NCBI GenBank assembly: GCA_050273025.1
Contig: CP158636.1
Span: 9,052,001 to 9,116,000 of the forward strand
Length of the DNA: 64,000 nucleotides
Direction: 5' to 3'
Source of the DNA: Cenococcum geophilum
Taxonomy: Eukaryota
Shown here: one piece after another, positions 12,778 through 24,421 of the stretch
Numbering within the stretch: position 1 is the first letter of the stretch
Layout of the letters: each line of letters starts with the position of its first letter
The notes under the pieces: model-generated
The model's input: the letters and a program-made list of their open reading frames with translations, nothing else
Told to the model about the DNA's origin: nothing
Database searches by the model: none
Position numbers and translations under genes: made by a program

Positions 12778-14246
12778 ATGTCACACACAAACTTTCGTTC
12801 CTCTGCTGGCGATCTCGGTTTTCACGATGAACCACTACGCCGTGGCCCAGAACGATGGGACCGCGAAAAGTTTGAGCGCTTCAGCAGACGCGGCGGACCC
12901 GCAGAGGAGCGAGAATCTTTCCGCTTCGAAGAGCATGACCACTCCGGTCCTGGAAGAAGTCGTCGCGATGTGGAAGTCGACGAGAGAATAGATCGCAGAG
13001 GACCTCGAACCCGTGTCGAAGAACGAGAGCGCTTCTTTGAAGAGGATCGTGTTGAGCGTCCTCGCCGTCGTCCATCCGAATTCCTTGATGAGCCCACCGC
13101 CTCCGAAGTGGCGAACCGCGCCCTCGCTCCATATCGCCGCAAATCTATTATCGAAAAGGATATTGATCCTCCATCTCGACGTCCTGCCAGGCCCCAATAC
13201 ATCAGAAGGCAGTCCTCGCTCGATACTTTTGATCGAAAGCCATTCACACGATATGGCGATCAAGAGCGAGACGGTTGGAGGCCCCCAACCAATGTACCAA
13301 TTCCACTACCCATACGTCGCTCCCCATCTCGTCGCCGATCCCTATCTCGTCGCCGATACAGGGAGGATGATTTCGAAGAGATTAGGTACAGGGACGTAGA
13401 GCCTAGAGAAGAATACCGCGAGGTCGAGGTGCGAAGGGAGAAAAGTACTCGACGTCGCAGCCTCAGCCGTACGAGCCGGCGAGGAGCTCCTTCTGCCCGA
13501 AGTTCCACCTCGAGCTTCGAAGAAGTTTCTCTAGCCCGCGAACCTTCTGGGAAAAAGGGTAAGACGAGAATGCCAAAGCGTTTAGTGAGGAAGCAGGCGG
13601 TTATCGAACTCGGCTATCCTTTTGAAGAAGAGGTAAGTCTTCTAAATGTGATAAAAATAGCCATCTCCTTATGGTTTCTATTAGGATGACTTCATTATTG
13701 TGCGCCGGGCCCTTGTGAAGGAGCAAATTGATGAGATTATCAAGATTAGTGAGACATACAAGGATAACGGTTAGTCCCTCCTTTTGGAGTGTTATCTGTA
13801 AGACTTACTAACAATGACACCAAGAGCGAACCACGTATGTTTATGAGGAAACCAAAACCAACACCATTGAACCCCGGCCACCTCCACCACCTGAGGTCAT
13901 ACGAATCCCACCTCCGCCTCCTAGCGTCCACTATGCACCTCCACAATCTGTGCGCAGTGCATCTCCTTCTCGTCATGAAGTATATGAAGAGCGTATCGAG
14001 GAATCTAATCACATAGGTGGGCCTCTAACAGTACTGGTTCCCGAGGAAAGACGGCATCGTGATGAACGCGACATCAAGAGTGAAATCCGCCGATTAGAGG
14101 CGGAAAGGCAATTATTAAAATATGAGCGTGAAAGTGATCGCTTCTCCGAGTACGAGATTGTGGAGAGGAGGGACAAAGAAAGAGATGTTGTCCGTATCGA
14201 AAAGGATCGCAAGGGTAGGTTGGCTCTGGTCCGATCGAGTCATTAG
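12778..14246 (+). CDS. Conserved fungal Arg/Glu-rich protein of unknown function (~453 aa); exons 12778-13632, 13685-13769, 13825-14246
   Basis: Two short introns (GTAAGT..TAG; GTTAGT..CTAAC..AAG) join the 303-aa and 98-aa ORFs in frame. The join restores the motif KGKTRMPKRLVRKQAVIELGYPFEEE|DDFIIVRRALVKEQIDEIIKISE, which I recognise from Pezizomycotina hypothetical proteins. Confidence 0.85.
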
Positions 14247-14750
14247 GATGGGGTTGATGTTGGTGGACAGCGAAAACCCCAAACCCGAAATTAATCGCCG
14301 CCATGATGGCTACGCTCACCTAAAGGAATCGGATTTCTTCCAATACACATCGAATCCCTCGGAGAGAGACGTGTTTCTTGGGTTTAGGAATTTTGAGTTT
14401 TCCTCCGGCGATGTTTGTTTTGGTTGACGGATAACTGTATGGCTGGACCTTTTTCCATTCAAATTTGAAATTCTAATTTTCTGCTCTGAGAGTATTGCAT
14501 TGGAATATCTGTTCTCGAGTAACAGGTAGAGGCGCGGATGTTTTAGGACATGTTGGAGTATCTGGAACGGTGGTCGGGATGTAACAACCAATAACGAGAC
14601 TAAGATTTTGGAACTCTGGATAATTTCATGCTCTATTACTTGTGCTCGTGAAAACTTACGGAATAAATTCTCATATGTGGATGACGTTAATTCGGATCGT
14701 CGCCAACCTCCGAAGCTGCCAAACGACCTGTAACTTCAACCTCCGCTCTC

Positions 14751-15769
14751 ATGCCCATCTGTATAGAATGCAGATACCCAGTCAAAACACTCTACACCAC
14801 ATATAGCAAAGCCGATGACCGCTCTTTGGGAAAAGGCGTTCGGCTAACGCAATGTCCACGCTGTAAGCGTTTCGCTGACAAGTATGTGGAGCATGACTTT
14901 GTCGTACTGTTTATCGACTTAGTTTTGATCAAGCCGCAAGTGAGCACGCCTCACACCATTTAACCAACGGCTATGGAACCGGTGGATGCTAATATCTGAC
15001 ATCCAGGTCTACCGCCACCTACTCTTCAACCGTCTCGGCCGCGACGATGACCGCTTCGACGTACGTCCTCTCTCCTCCCACTCTGCTCTCAAACTAACTT
15101 CCCCCGTTCCAGCGCTCCATCATCCGCCTCAGCATCCTTCTCCTCCTCTTCGACGTCTACCTAACCTGGGCGCGCATCGAGAAGCTCTCTCCGCCCCTCC
15201 CCCCTTCCTCCCACCATCCCTCCACTGCCCCCATAAACTCGACCCAGGCCCCAACAAACGCCGCGCTCCTCTCTACCCAGCCGCTCGTCCTCCAATACCT
15301 CTTCTTCCTCTTCCTCGTCACCCTCAGCACGCTCTCCTTCCACATCCCGATCCGGCTGCTGTGCTCGCACCCGCCGGCCATCCCGTCCCTCTCCCTGCCG
15401 CCGTCGCTGCGCCGCCTCGTCCCGCGCTTCCTGCGCTCCCTCCGCCCGCTGGTCCCCTACTACCCGCACCCGACGCCGCTGTCGACCGCGCTGCTGGTGT
15501 CCAGCTGCACGAAGCTGTTCCCGATCCTGCTAATCATCTGGGAGTACGACTTGCCGTCGAGCGCGAGCGCGGTCAGTTGGGCCGTCATCGTGAATAATAT
15601 CGCGGCGCTGGAGATTTTGATGGACTGTGGGTATGTGCGGGCTGGGTTTTTGGTGGCTGTGGGCGCAAGCGTGCGGGCGGTCGTCGCAGGGATGGTGCTG
15701 AAGGCGGTTGGGTTGGCGGGGAGTGGTGGGTGGAGGGGAGAGTTAGGGTTGGCTGGGTGGGGGAGTTGA
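14751..15769 (+). CDS. ARV1: Arv1-family ER membrane protein (sterol/GPI lipid homeostasis), ~299 aa; exons 14751-14939, 15007-15060, 15113-15769
   Basis: N-terminal MPICIEC...LTQCPRCKRFADKYVEHDFVVLFIDLVLIKPQ|VYRHLLFN Arv1 homology domain, followed by LLLLFDVYLTWARIEK and TKLFPILLIIWEYD. Canonical GT-AG introns with branch sites. Confidence 0.95.
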
Positions 15770-18246
15770 CGGGGAAATTTTCCGTGGGGAGGGCGGTGGT
15801 ATGTCACTTTCAGAGCATATGTTTAATGAAATGGCATTGCGGCCGGTGTTTTATGGACTTTAAATTCCTGCTCTGAAATACATGTGTGCAAGCCCATTAT
15901 AAACGCCGGAGGAACTACTCCATGCACGAAGATCTCATGTGCATCAGGACCTCCCCAATAGTCACTCGTACATATTATCCCAGTCAGGCCAGGGAGTATT
16001 TATGCTCTTCCCCATCTTCTGTGCGCTCATATTCTCAGCGCCAATATGCACATTCCGGCCCTCAACAGTTCCGCTCTTTGCCCTTCCACCGCCCAGCTTG
16101 CGAGGTATGATATTATAGTGTTGTTACAGCCTATGGGACGGTTCATGCTCAGGTCTCAGGTCCAGACGTCGTGGCACGATGAGGGGATGCCATTGCGCAA
16201 GGAATGTGATCGCTAGGGAGGACATAGAATTAGTTAATGGTCCTATATATTTAGAATCCCGCGTCTCATATAGTTAGATGTGTGGCGGAAGCGAGACGCT
16301 TTGAGGGTGTACCAGACAAGACGTCGAGTTCAGAGGATAAAGAGCGTGGTTGAAGTCGCTGAGTAGCTATTGAGAAAAATTTGAGACTTACCCCACATTA
16401 GGAAACATGCTACGGCGGACAGTATAAGGGTTGAGCGCCAGACCCTGTTATGACTTGTTAGCTTGATTGGCATGCGCTAGATACGCCTACTGCTATGCTG
16501 CACGAGTATCGCTTTTCATCATCCCTCCGACATTCTGCTGTGATGCATTGTCCAATGTCACGTCTCGGAATACTCCGATATACGACATGACCAAGTCTAA
16601 GACTTGAATGTGAAGGGAGCCAAAGATAATCGTCTATAGACGTGGGGTATATCGTGTGTAGAACCCAAAAATGGCAGGGAGGCGTAAGGAATGGTGCAGA
16701 AAAGCTACTGACGTCTGATTCTCCCCCTTGGGAGCTGCGAACCAAGATACGACGCAAAAGACGATGATGAATACAAGCCCAATGATCAGGCTCCAGCTAG
16801 AGAAGAGCAGCTCAGTTAGCTTACTTGTGGCAGCAGAGACTTGATCGAGGATAGCATGGCATACCCGTTAGCCATGATGTGGATCCAGACGATTTGTACG
16901 ATGTCTGAAGATTGATGATAGAGCTGCGGTGGAGCTCTGTCTAAGCAGATTAGCGGCTGGGAATGATGCAGGTGCTGATAAAATATCACGTGATTTGAAA
17001 TTATGCCTTAGGCACAGAAAACTAGCTACCAAGGCAACGCCATCCCACCTTCTTAATTGCGAGAGAAGACTTGACTCTATGCTCAAACAAGAATTCGTAT
17101 GAGTGTCATGAGGTATGATCTAAACTTCGTGTTTTGTTTAAGTAATATATCTAGGCATCCCCCTGATAGTATCTCCGGTCCTTGTCTACTTGACCAATCT
17201 CTCGTTCATATTCTAGTTGTCTGTCTCTTTGTATCTCTCACAGTCTCCTTAGAGAGGTGGTTACTTACTTCCTATATGTTTCTCTGCTACTTCATGATCT
17301 TATGTTCTTCAACACGTGGTAAGCTTGGAAACGGGTCAAATACAGGTATAAAAGTTTCACTTGACTTCCTTCTCTTATCTTTCATCCGTCATTGTCTGTC
17401 CCTCCTTGGATATTTCATTATTGATCATCGTCCAGGCTTGTTCCATTCGGGTTCTTATCTGTCGATCGACATGCTAAGAGTGAGGCGACAGAAAGTGAAG
17501 CATCATCAGAAGCGGCTCGCAGGCCAACCGGAGGCGGAGGGGGGACTTTGCTTCGCCGTAGCTCACGGTTCATTATCGTTGAGTGTTAGCGTTGAATTCT
17601 TCATGGTGTTTGCGTTAATCTCTTAATCAGGCAAATATAGTAGTTGCTACATATCGGCTAAGCCTAATTAATTATGCCAAGAAACATAGTTAACTCATCT
17701 TCATACTACCTAATTTAACCTCGCCATATCTCAAAATGACACTTTCCCAGCATTCTCTCTTTATACGTCGATATCTTTGGGAATTAGTTACGTAGGAAAG
17801 CAATTCTCCTTCTCACTCCCCCACACGTTTCAAATCGTTCGGGTTGTTCCATATTCAAATGTCAGTGGCCGCACGCCGGGTCACCGAAATGGCTAGCTCA
17901 GCCACATCTAGGCCATCTCACCACTCAGAGCTCGCAAACATAGAACATGCCGAGCTTTCTATGCTGGAAGATAACTCGATCCCGCTGCACGAAGTTTTAG
18001 TCGTACGGGTACGATCTTATCCGTTTACCAATTGTGGAATGGACTTCGCCGACCTCTGAAACCCCATTGGATACCCCCCAATAACAAGGCGGCACTAGCG
18101 CCGATCAGTTACGGGATTAAAACATGATGGGAATATAATAACAATATAATCAAATTGGCTTTCACCAACACTTAGTATCATTCAACTGCACAATCCTCGC
18201 TCAGAGTGGTAGGGCCCTGTCTTGCAACTAGATTTAGCCACTATTA

Positions 18247-19040
18247 CTATAAACTTTTCGAAATATCATTCAAAGAGTCAGGGACATTAGCAAGAACCTT
18301 TTTGCGTTGTTGGATGTTGTATGTGGAAATGAAATTAACCTTATTGGCAAGGCGATCAACACCTATCTGCAGCCTTAACTTCTCAGTCACTAACAAACAA
18401 TCTTTACCTTGTTCCTTACGATATCTTCCCCACCCCGTAATCTCAGGAGCTAGTCTCTTAGACAAGGGCCGAGCTTGTTCATCGTGCTAACAAGGATTGT
18501 GCTAGGAGTTTTGTAGCAGTGACGAGAGTACGGCATATAACACAGTTATCGTATCTGTTTGCGTGCCAATAACCATTGAATAAGCATTTTCTTGCCGGAA
18601 CACGCAATGCAACTGTAAATTTGTTCAGTAGATTTCAGAAAATTCTAGCATTGAATGGCGGGGTTCACACCGTGGTAAAGAATTCTTTGTCTCAAATTTC
18701 CAAGGCTTACTGTCATGTTTCAGAAACCTCCTTAATATTCGCGTTTGTGTTGACCCCGCCTTGCAGCCTTTCGAGCATATGCGGCGACTCGCAGCACACC
18801 GCCAATTCTTCGGTCGTACCCAGCAAAGTAGGTTACTAAACCTTGCCCCGCAATTTCAAGTATATGGAGATCTTCTTCACTTTATACGGGACTTACGGCA
18901 AGTATTTTCACATCTGGTTGTGCTCAACTCTCTGATCTCAGCTTACAAAGTACAATCAGAGTATCGAAATTCAAGGCAGCGAATAGTGTGCGCATTCAGC
19001 GCTTCAATCTATGTTTGGTGCTCCTTTTTGTCAAGAGTAT
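18247..19040 (-). pseudogene. Possible degenerate protein-coding remnant of unknown family
   Basis: Minus-strand protein-like segments (KKEHQT*IEALNAHTIRCLEFRYSDCTL*AEIRELS; EQARPLSKRLAPEITGWGRYRKEQGKDCLLVTEKL) with stops compatible with C-to-T changes and a possible GTAAGT donor near 18896. Confidence 0.3.
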
Positions 19041-19624
19041 GACAACGTTATGCCTTTGTGGACCTCTGGGCGAAAACACCGGGCCGATACCACTGTCCTG
19101 GGTAATGCACGGCGACGCCTCACAACTGACTTTTCCTGGCATAACATACGTGTTGCAAGGCAATAATCCAATAAGAAAACTAAGGCGTATCCGAATAAGG
19201 CGAGTCTTACATATGTCACCCTCTTACAGCATAAGTCTGTTTAGTGAGGCCAGCACATCTGGCAGATGCCTGACCATTCGATTCTTTAGAGTCCGAGTAA
19301 GTCTTGTCCTTCGAAATCGTCCGTACAGAAGTCATGTAAGGCGCCGACAGCCTCGTGTTTTCTAGCTACTGACATTACTAAGGACAACAAAAGGTTGCCT
19401 TACAAGGACCCTTGACTTGACTGGTGGTGATGATGCTGCAAAACCCATGTGCCCTACCCTCTCGGGGATACTCGTAGAGGCCAATCCGGTTTTGACTCTT
19501 TCTGGATATAAAATGTCCTTTAGGTCCTTCTAAGATATCCAAAACTCCTAATACAATATCAAGAAAATTCAGCGTTTCTTCCTCCTACTTTTATGCTCTT
19601 TTTTAATCTCAAACCTCCTTAATC

Positions 19625-21211
19625 ATGTCCGACTCCGAGGATTTGGTTTTGATTGAACCTGAATTAGAAAATGGCTTTGGATCACCAGACCCACTAAAAG
19701 AGCCAACCGTGGAAGTAGTTAGCTGTCCAGCCCTTCCGGGGCAAAGTAAGAAAAACCAGAGTCTTCCAGTCTCTACAACTCCACCACCCCCACCGATAGC
19801 CAACAATGTTCTGTCTTCTCCACCTGGAGCTCACAGTTCGGAGCATAAATTGTCCAGCCTCCCTCTTATGATAAAGAAGGAAAACACACACAAAGAATGC
19901 TCATGCAACTCGCCTCAGCTTGAGGCCGTGTTTCAATCTGGTCCAGGTCTGGCAACACCAGCATCAGCTCTGGGAAGAATAAGCTCAAGTTCTGCGCCGC
20001 CTATGACTCCAACTTTTCCTAATCCACCTTCACCATTGAAAAAATGCTTCTGTCAGTATGAACCGACATACCAACCACCACCACCACCGCCGCCACCTCC
20101 ACCTCCACCTCCACCTCCTCCACCAGCACTTTTCTCAGTGTCTCCACACGTACTGCCACCACCTCCACTTCCCTGGCAGACACAAAACAGAGGCATACCA
20201 CAGCCTCCACCTCCTCCCCCACCGCCCCCACCACCACCACCACCGGCGCCACCAATGCCGATGTCCATGGGCTCAAAAAAGACTAAGAAAACCTATTATC
20301 CACCACCACCACCTCCTCCACCACCTCCTCCTCCACCCCCACCACCACCACCACCTCCAGGAATGATTGTTGTAAATCCTGGAGTAACTGGGCGTGGCCG
20401 AACCCGAAGCCGTAGTACTAGCGCCGACTCTTTCCAGTCATACAATGATTCCCAGGCCGCAAAGCACGCCCCTGAACGGATCAGCAGCCATAGTGATCTG
20501 CTGCCTGTTCGTTATTCAGGCGAGACCGACATTGAAGTTGATAGACACGTTCGCATAGTTCCTTTCAAACGCAACGTTTATACCGTGTCTCACGGCGCCT
20601 CGCCAACCGACTTTGCACAGCATAGCTGGATCATTAATTATGGAGCCACCGATAAATGGTACGAACAGCCCAGTTTGGCAGTTCAGAAACAGATGGAAAT
20701 CATGCATGAGGCTGGTTGCCTCCCCAATGACTTCCTTAGCGCTGTTGAACAGCCTATCCCAATGAGCCTTCCTGTACCTAAGGTTTGGGCGTCAGCAGCG
20801 CTGATTACTCCGACTGACGACGATATATATGACTGTGTTGCAGGACATTCCGTGGACGCAGAGTTTGCCGGCGCTTGCCATCAGTGTACCGACGAAAAAG
20901 CCGAGGCTTTAGAGAAGTGCTCGCTCGTCTACTATCTTGTTTTGTCAACATTTCAGGCCTTCGATAATATCTATCGTGGCACGACTAGCGCAACTGGAAC
21001 AGGAAAAACTATTTATAGGGTTGTAAAATGTGGACGGAGAGAGGCAGCTGCATCGGAAGCCTTCTATGCTGCGGGGGTAAACGGCTGGAACGTCGTATTT
21101 TCATGTGTTTGGAGAGAGGGTGATACAGGCAAAAAGGCTACAAGGGTCGATGAGCTTTGGAGGATGGCAGGGAAGCCAAAGGATGAGCAGGAGCTGAGGG
21201 TGTTCTATTGA
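19625..21211 (+). CDS. Polyproline-rich protein of unknown function (528 aa) with a Cys/His-containing globular-looking C-terminal half
   Basis: Long uninterrupted ORF with ATG in a good context (AATCATGT) and an upstream TATAAA at ~19507. Three long poly-Pro tracts. C-terminal C-x3-H...CHQC motif. Confidence 0.85.
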   Translation: MSDSEDLVLIEPELENGFGSPDPLKEPTVEVVSCPALPGQSKKNQSLPVSTTPPPPPIANNVLSSPPGAHSSEHKLSSLPLMIKKENTHKECSCNSPQLEAVFQSGPGLATPASALGRISSSSAPPMTPTFPNPPSPLKKCFCQYEPTYQPPPPPPPPPPPPPPPPPALFSVSPHVLPPPPLPWQTQNRGIPQPPPPPPPPPPPPPPAPPMPMSMGSKKTKKTYYPPPPPPPPPPPPPPPPPPPPGMIVVNPGVTGRGRTRSRSTSADSFQSYNDSQAAKHAPERISSHSDLLPVRYSGETDIEVDRHVRIVPFKRNVYTVSHGASPTDFAQHSWIINYGATDKWYEQPSLAVQKQMEIMHEAGCLPNDFLSAVEQPIPMSLPVPKVWASAALITPTDDDIYDCVAGHSVDAEFAGACHQCTDEKAEALEKCSLVYYLVLSTFQAFDNIYRGTTSATGTGKTIYRVVKCGRREAAASEAFYAAGVNGWNVVFSCVWREGDTGKKATRVDELWRMAGKPKDEQELRVFY

Positions 21212-22338
21212 ACGGAATGCTTACCTAAGGAGTATTGGCTTGCTATTCAAAACATCTTGGTATTCGGGGCCGATTTGAACGTAAGCGGGCTCGTACGGAG
21301 TCATTTTCGGCCGGGTAGTCCTTGTTCAATTTGCTACCAAGAACTACCATGCCCCTTTACGAATCTCCTCAACGGTCGGGTGGCATAGTCATTTTGTTTC
21401 CTTGCTAGCTTTGCATGCATTAGACCAATAAAGCTTCTAGATTCAGCTAGCACAGACAAATCGTAATCTACTGTCGTTTGAGCTGGTTTGCCCGATTGGT
21501 TTCAACGGTCGATATGGGCATCTGTACGAAAACGTCATGTTAATGCAGAGAAAACGCATGCTTGCATAGAAGCTTGAGTCAACAAAAGAGCCAACAAAGT
21601 ATCCATGTTTATCGAGTGTTATTGATATTCTTAAGTCGAAGCCTCCATCTGCATGAAAGTGCTGTCAATTCGTGGCTATCCATAGGGCCCCAACCTGGAC
21701 CCACGTCCACCAATTGGAGGACCTCACAGGGTTAAAATCAAGTATCCGGCTTGGCATTATAGATGCCAATTGGTTGCCTCACTTAAAGCGGGGCACACTA
21801 GACGTTGCCATGGTGGTTGTTCTGACGATTCAGATGGAGATTTATAGAGATCCAATCGGTAGAGCAGCGTACCACTATGAAGAAAGGCGGGGTAAACGAA
21901 GTGAAGCAAACAGCAAGGAAAGGCAGTACTGTCGCCCTGATGTGGTTTCTGTTTGCAACCCTGGTACCGTAAACATATTAACTTTATAAGAAACGGAAAA
22001 CTACGCCTTGAAGTAATTAAAATCGGCCAATTGTAAGATATCGTTAGTTCTTAGGACCTCCTATCTTAATTCTCCTTTATCTATTATCTTTCTCTACTCG
22101 AAAAGAAATCTAGAGGTTTATTTGAGATTGCCAGCAACCTAATGCGCCTATGGCTCGCATATCTATTATTCCTGTTTTAAAGAGCCATTACTACTAATAA
22201 TATCTAGGAACGCAATATTAAGGTCTTGAAGTTGTCTTAATTCCAGTTATAGCCACTATTTATAATGAATTAGCGGCACGATAGTACTAAACCCACATCG
22301 CTTTGTCACATAACTGCACTCGTTAATTAACATATTTC

Positions 22339-22877
22339 TCACAGCTTACTCCATTTTCTCCCTGCCAATGCCATCGCGTCCTCGCCGTCTACCAACACGC
22401 ACCAGCCCTCTCCACCCTCGCCTCCATCACCTGCAATCGCGGCTTTGAACTCCTTGCGTGCATACTCCAGCCCTTCTTCGTCAAAACTGCCGGGCTGCAG
22501 CCACACGGCCGGTATACCCGCTTCTTTGGCTTCCTTGAGCAGCTCGCGCGTTACTTTAGGTGGCGTGATGACTGAGAGAGAAAAGGAAGGGGGGTCAGGG
22601 AGCGAGGAGGGCCCAGACACGGTCGAGTGGTCTTTCTTGAGGACGGTGACGGTGGACGCGCGCGGGTTAATGGCGGTGACGGGGAGAGAATGTTGGAGAT
22701 ACCAGGCGAAGACTGGCGGTGTGTTAGTCTGAGAGGTTAAAGGGTCCAACTCGACGGGGAAACACGGCACAAGTGGCGGAGTGGCGTACTTTTATGGCCA
22801 TATTTGGTTGGGTCGGAGCTTGCGCCTGCGACTGCGAAGCGGGGCGACGAGAAAAATGTCTTCAATGCTGCTTCCAT
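22339..22877 (-). CDS. CoA-binding domain protein (YccU-like / CoA_binding_2, Rossmann fold), ~153 aa; exons 22877-22790, 22712-22339
   Basis: MEAALKTFFSSPRFAVAGASSDPTKYGHK|IFAWYLQHSLPVTAINP...VWLQPGS...GWCVLVDG; 77-nt GTACGC..CTAAC..CAG intron. Confidence 0.92.
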
Positions 22878-23690
22878 GTTGGGTATGAGTCGTGTGAGGG
22901 TCAGTGATGCGCTCTAAGTGGTTAATTGGGTTGGTTGGCTTTGCTTCACGATTCAGGGAAGTTAGAGAGTTGCGTGGTGTTGAGGGCCAAGCCCATTATT
23001 GGTAAGGTAATCGACCCGTCCCTGAACCTCGGAACTGTTCAATTCTCTCACTTACTAATGATATATACATAAAAAATCTCCAATTGCTCTCAGTTCTGTT
23101 TCTACAAGTATCTTAGCTAGTGTGAACGAACTCGGATGCTAAGATGCCTTCCTACAGCCTCGCAACTCCAAGACAGCATCATCACGGTATCTTGTTTTAA
23201 GCTTTTCGCCTCGAGCCCTGCGTCGATGGTACCTGAGACTCGGGAATACGAATAGTTGGGCATGAATTGCCCAACCGGTAAGGCTAGTCGTCGTTGCCTT
23301 CTTTGCCTTCTTTGCCTTATTGTTTTAATGTTGGCCGCCTAAACGCCACCCGCCTCACCAAATGGTTATGGTTAGTTGCCTCCTCTTTTTTGAAGCCTGA
23401 CATACTGGTGCCTTTTAGATTGTTGATAATTATCACCTTTGCCAGTGGCCGATAGGATTATGGTAAACAAGGAGGCTTCTGGCTTCTCTTACAGGAATAT
23501 CTAGAATGTCATCTGTCGATCGGAAGACTAAAAGATAAAAAGAACAATGACTCTGTCTCGTTGCAAAGGGTTCGAGAGCCTCACTATACACACTAAGTAG
23601 GTGGCAAAGGCTAACGTCGATATTAACGTCGATATAAAACTGTTACCCTATTGCCACTTAATTAACATTAGGTAATAGGTAATAGAAAAG

Positions 23691-23906
23691 TGTAAGGGCG
23701 CGAAGAGACTTCGGAGCAGATTTAAAGGAATAGTATAAATTCTATCTAAATCTATGGGTATAGTTCTTGCAGAGAACAAGACGTTGCGTAAAGAAGAGAA
23801 AGGAATAACGCGAGAATCTCGTAATTAAATAGTCAGGGGTCTTGGCGGTTAATGCGTACGTATATATATACACAGTCTTTAACGGACTTTAGTAGAATTT
23901 AATTAA
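23691..23906 (-). repeat. Left part of an older LTR-like sequence (family E) split by insertion of element C; remainder at 54830-55043
   Basis: Begins TGTAAG. The short TAGTAGAA(C/T)TT repeats continue across the ATTAA TSD. The right part ends ...TTAATA next to a TCCCCCC PPT complement. Confidence 0.45.
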
Positions 23907-24093
23907 TGTCACAGTGCTGCAATGAAGTAGACTGAATAACTACGTTGTGGTATGAAGAGGGGAAGAAGGTGGAAAGGGGGTATTATATATAAATAGTAGG
24001 GCCGGCCGCTAAGTCGCTAGTGGTGGGCCAGCTAATAGTAGGAAATAGTACGAGACAGTATAAAACAGTATACGTTAGGTTAGTGCCGTAACA
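23907..24093 (-). repeat. 3' LTR of element C
   Basis: TGTCAC...GTAACA, adjacent to the PPT; matches 54638-54824 and 57123-57309. Confidence 0.93.
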
Positions 24094-24421
24094 GTACTCC
24101 TCTCCCCTAGATAGTTTGGTCTCTAAACTAAATAAATAATTTAAAAATAGGTAGTATACGGGGTTGCCTATTTTTTACTATAAAGATATTAGTTCCGCTT
24201 ACCGCCCTTAACTAAGCTAATAGCAATTTTCTATACTGGGTATAGAAAATCCTAATTAGTTAGTTTAGTAAGTAAGGTTAGTAGAACTCTATACCACCAC
24301 CCAAATTAATCTATATGGCATTTCTTAGCGAGAATTTGGCTAATTAGATAACTTTAACCGCTGGTTAAAGTTCTATAACATCTTAACTACTATAAATTTT
24401 AATACGGTAGTTGGCCGCGAC

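Noticed and set aside
12068..12991. Several overlapping ORFs of 85-150 aa upstream of and overlapping the 12778 gene
   Set aside because: No recognisable motifs; they overlap the promoter/5' UTR and alternative frames of a well-supported gene.
14986..15597. 203-aa Pro-rich ORF
   Set aside because: It reads through ARV1 intron 2 into the wrong frame; the spliced model restores the Arv1 motifs.
17099..17626. 175-aa hydrophobic plus-strand ORF
   Set aside because: Composition looks like the antisense of a purine-rich strand; no family motif or splice support.
20019..20366. Gly-rich, Val-rich and His-rich ORFs
   Set aside because: Shadow frames of the CCN polyproline codons in the 19625-21211 gene.
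23612..23684. 12-bp tandem duplication and an imperfect hairpin at the island's right border
   Set aside because: Too short and imperfect to separate from chance; no second copy in the window.
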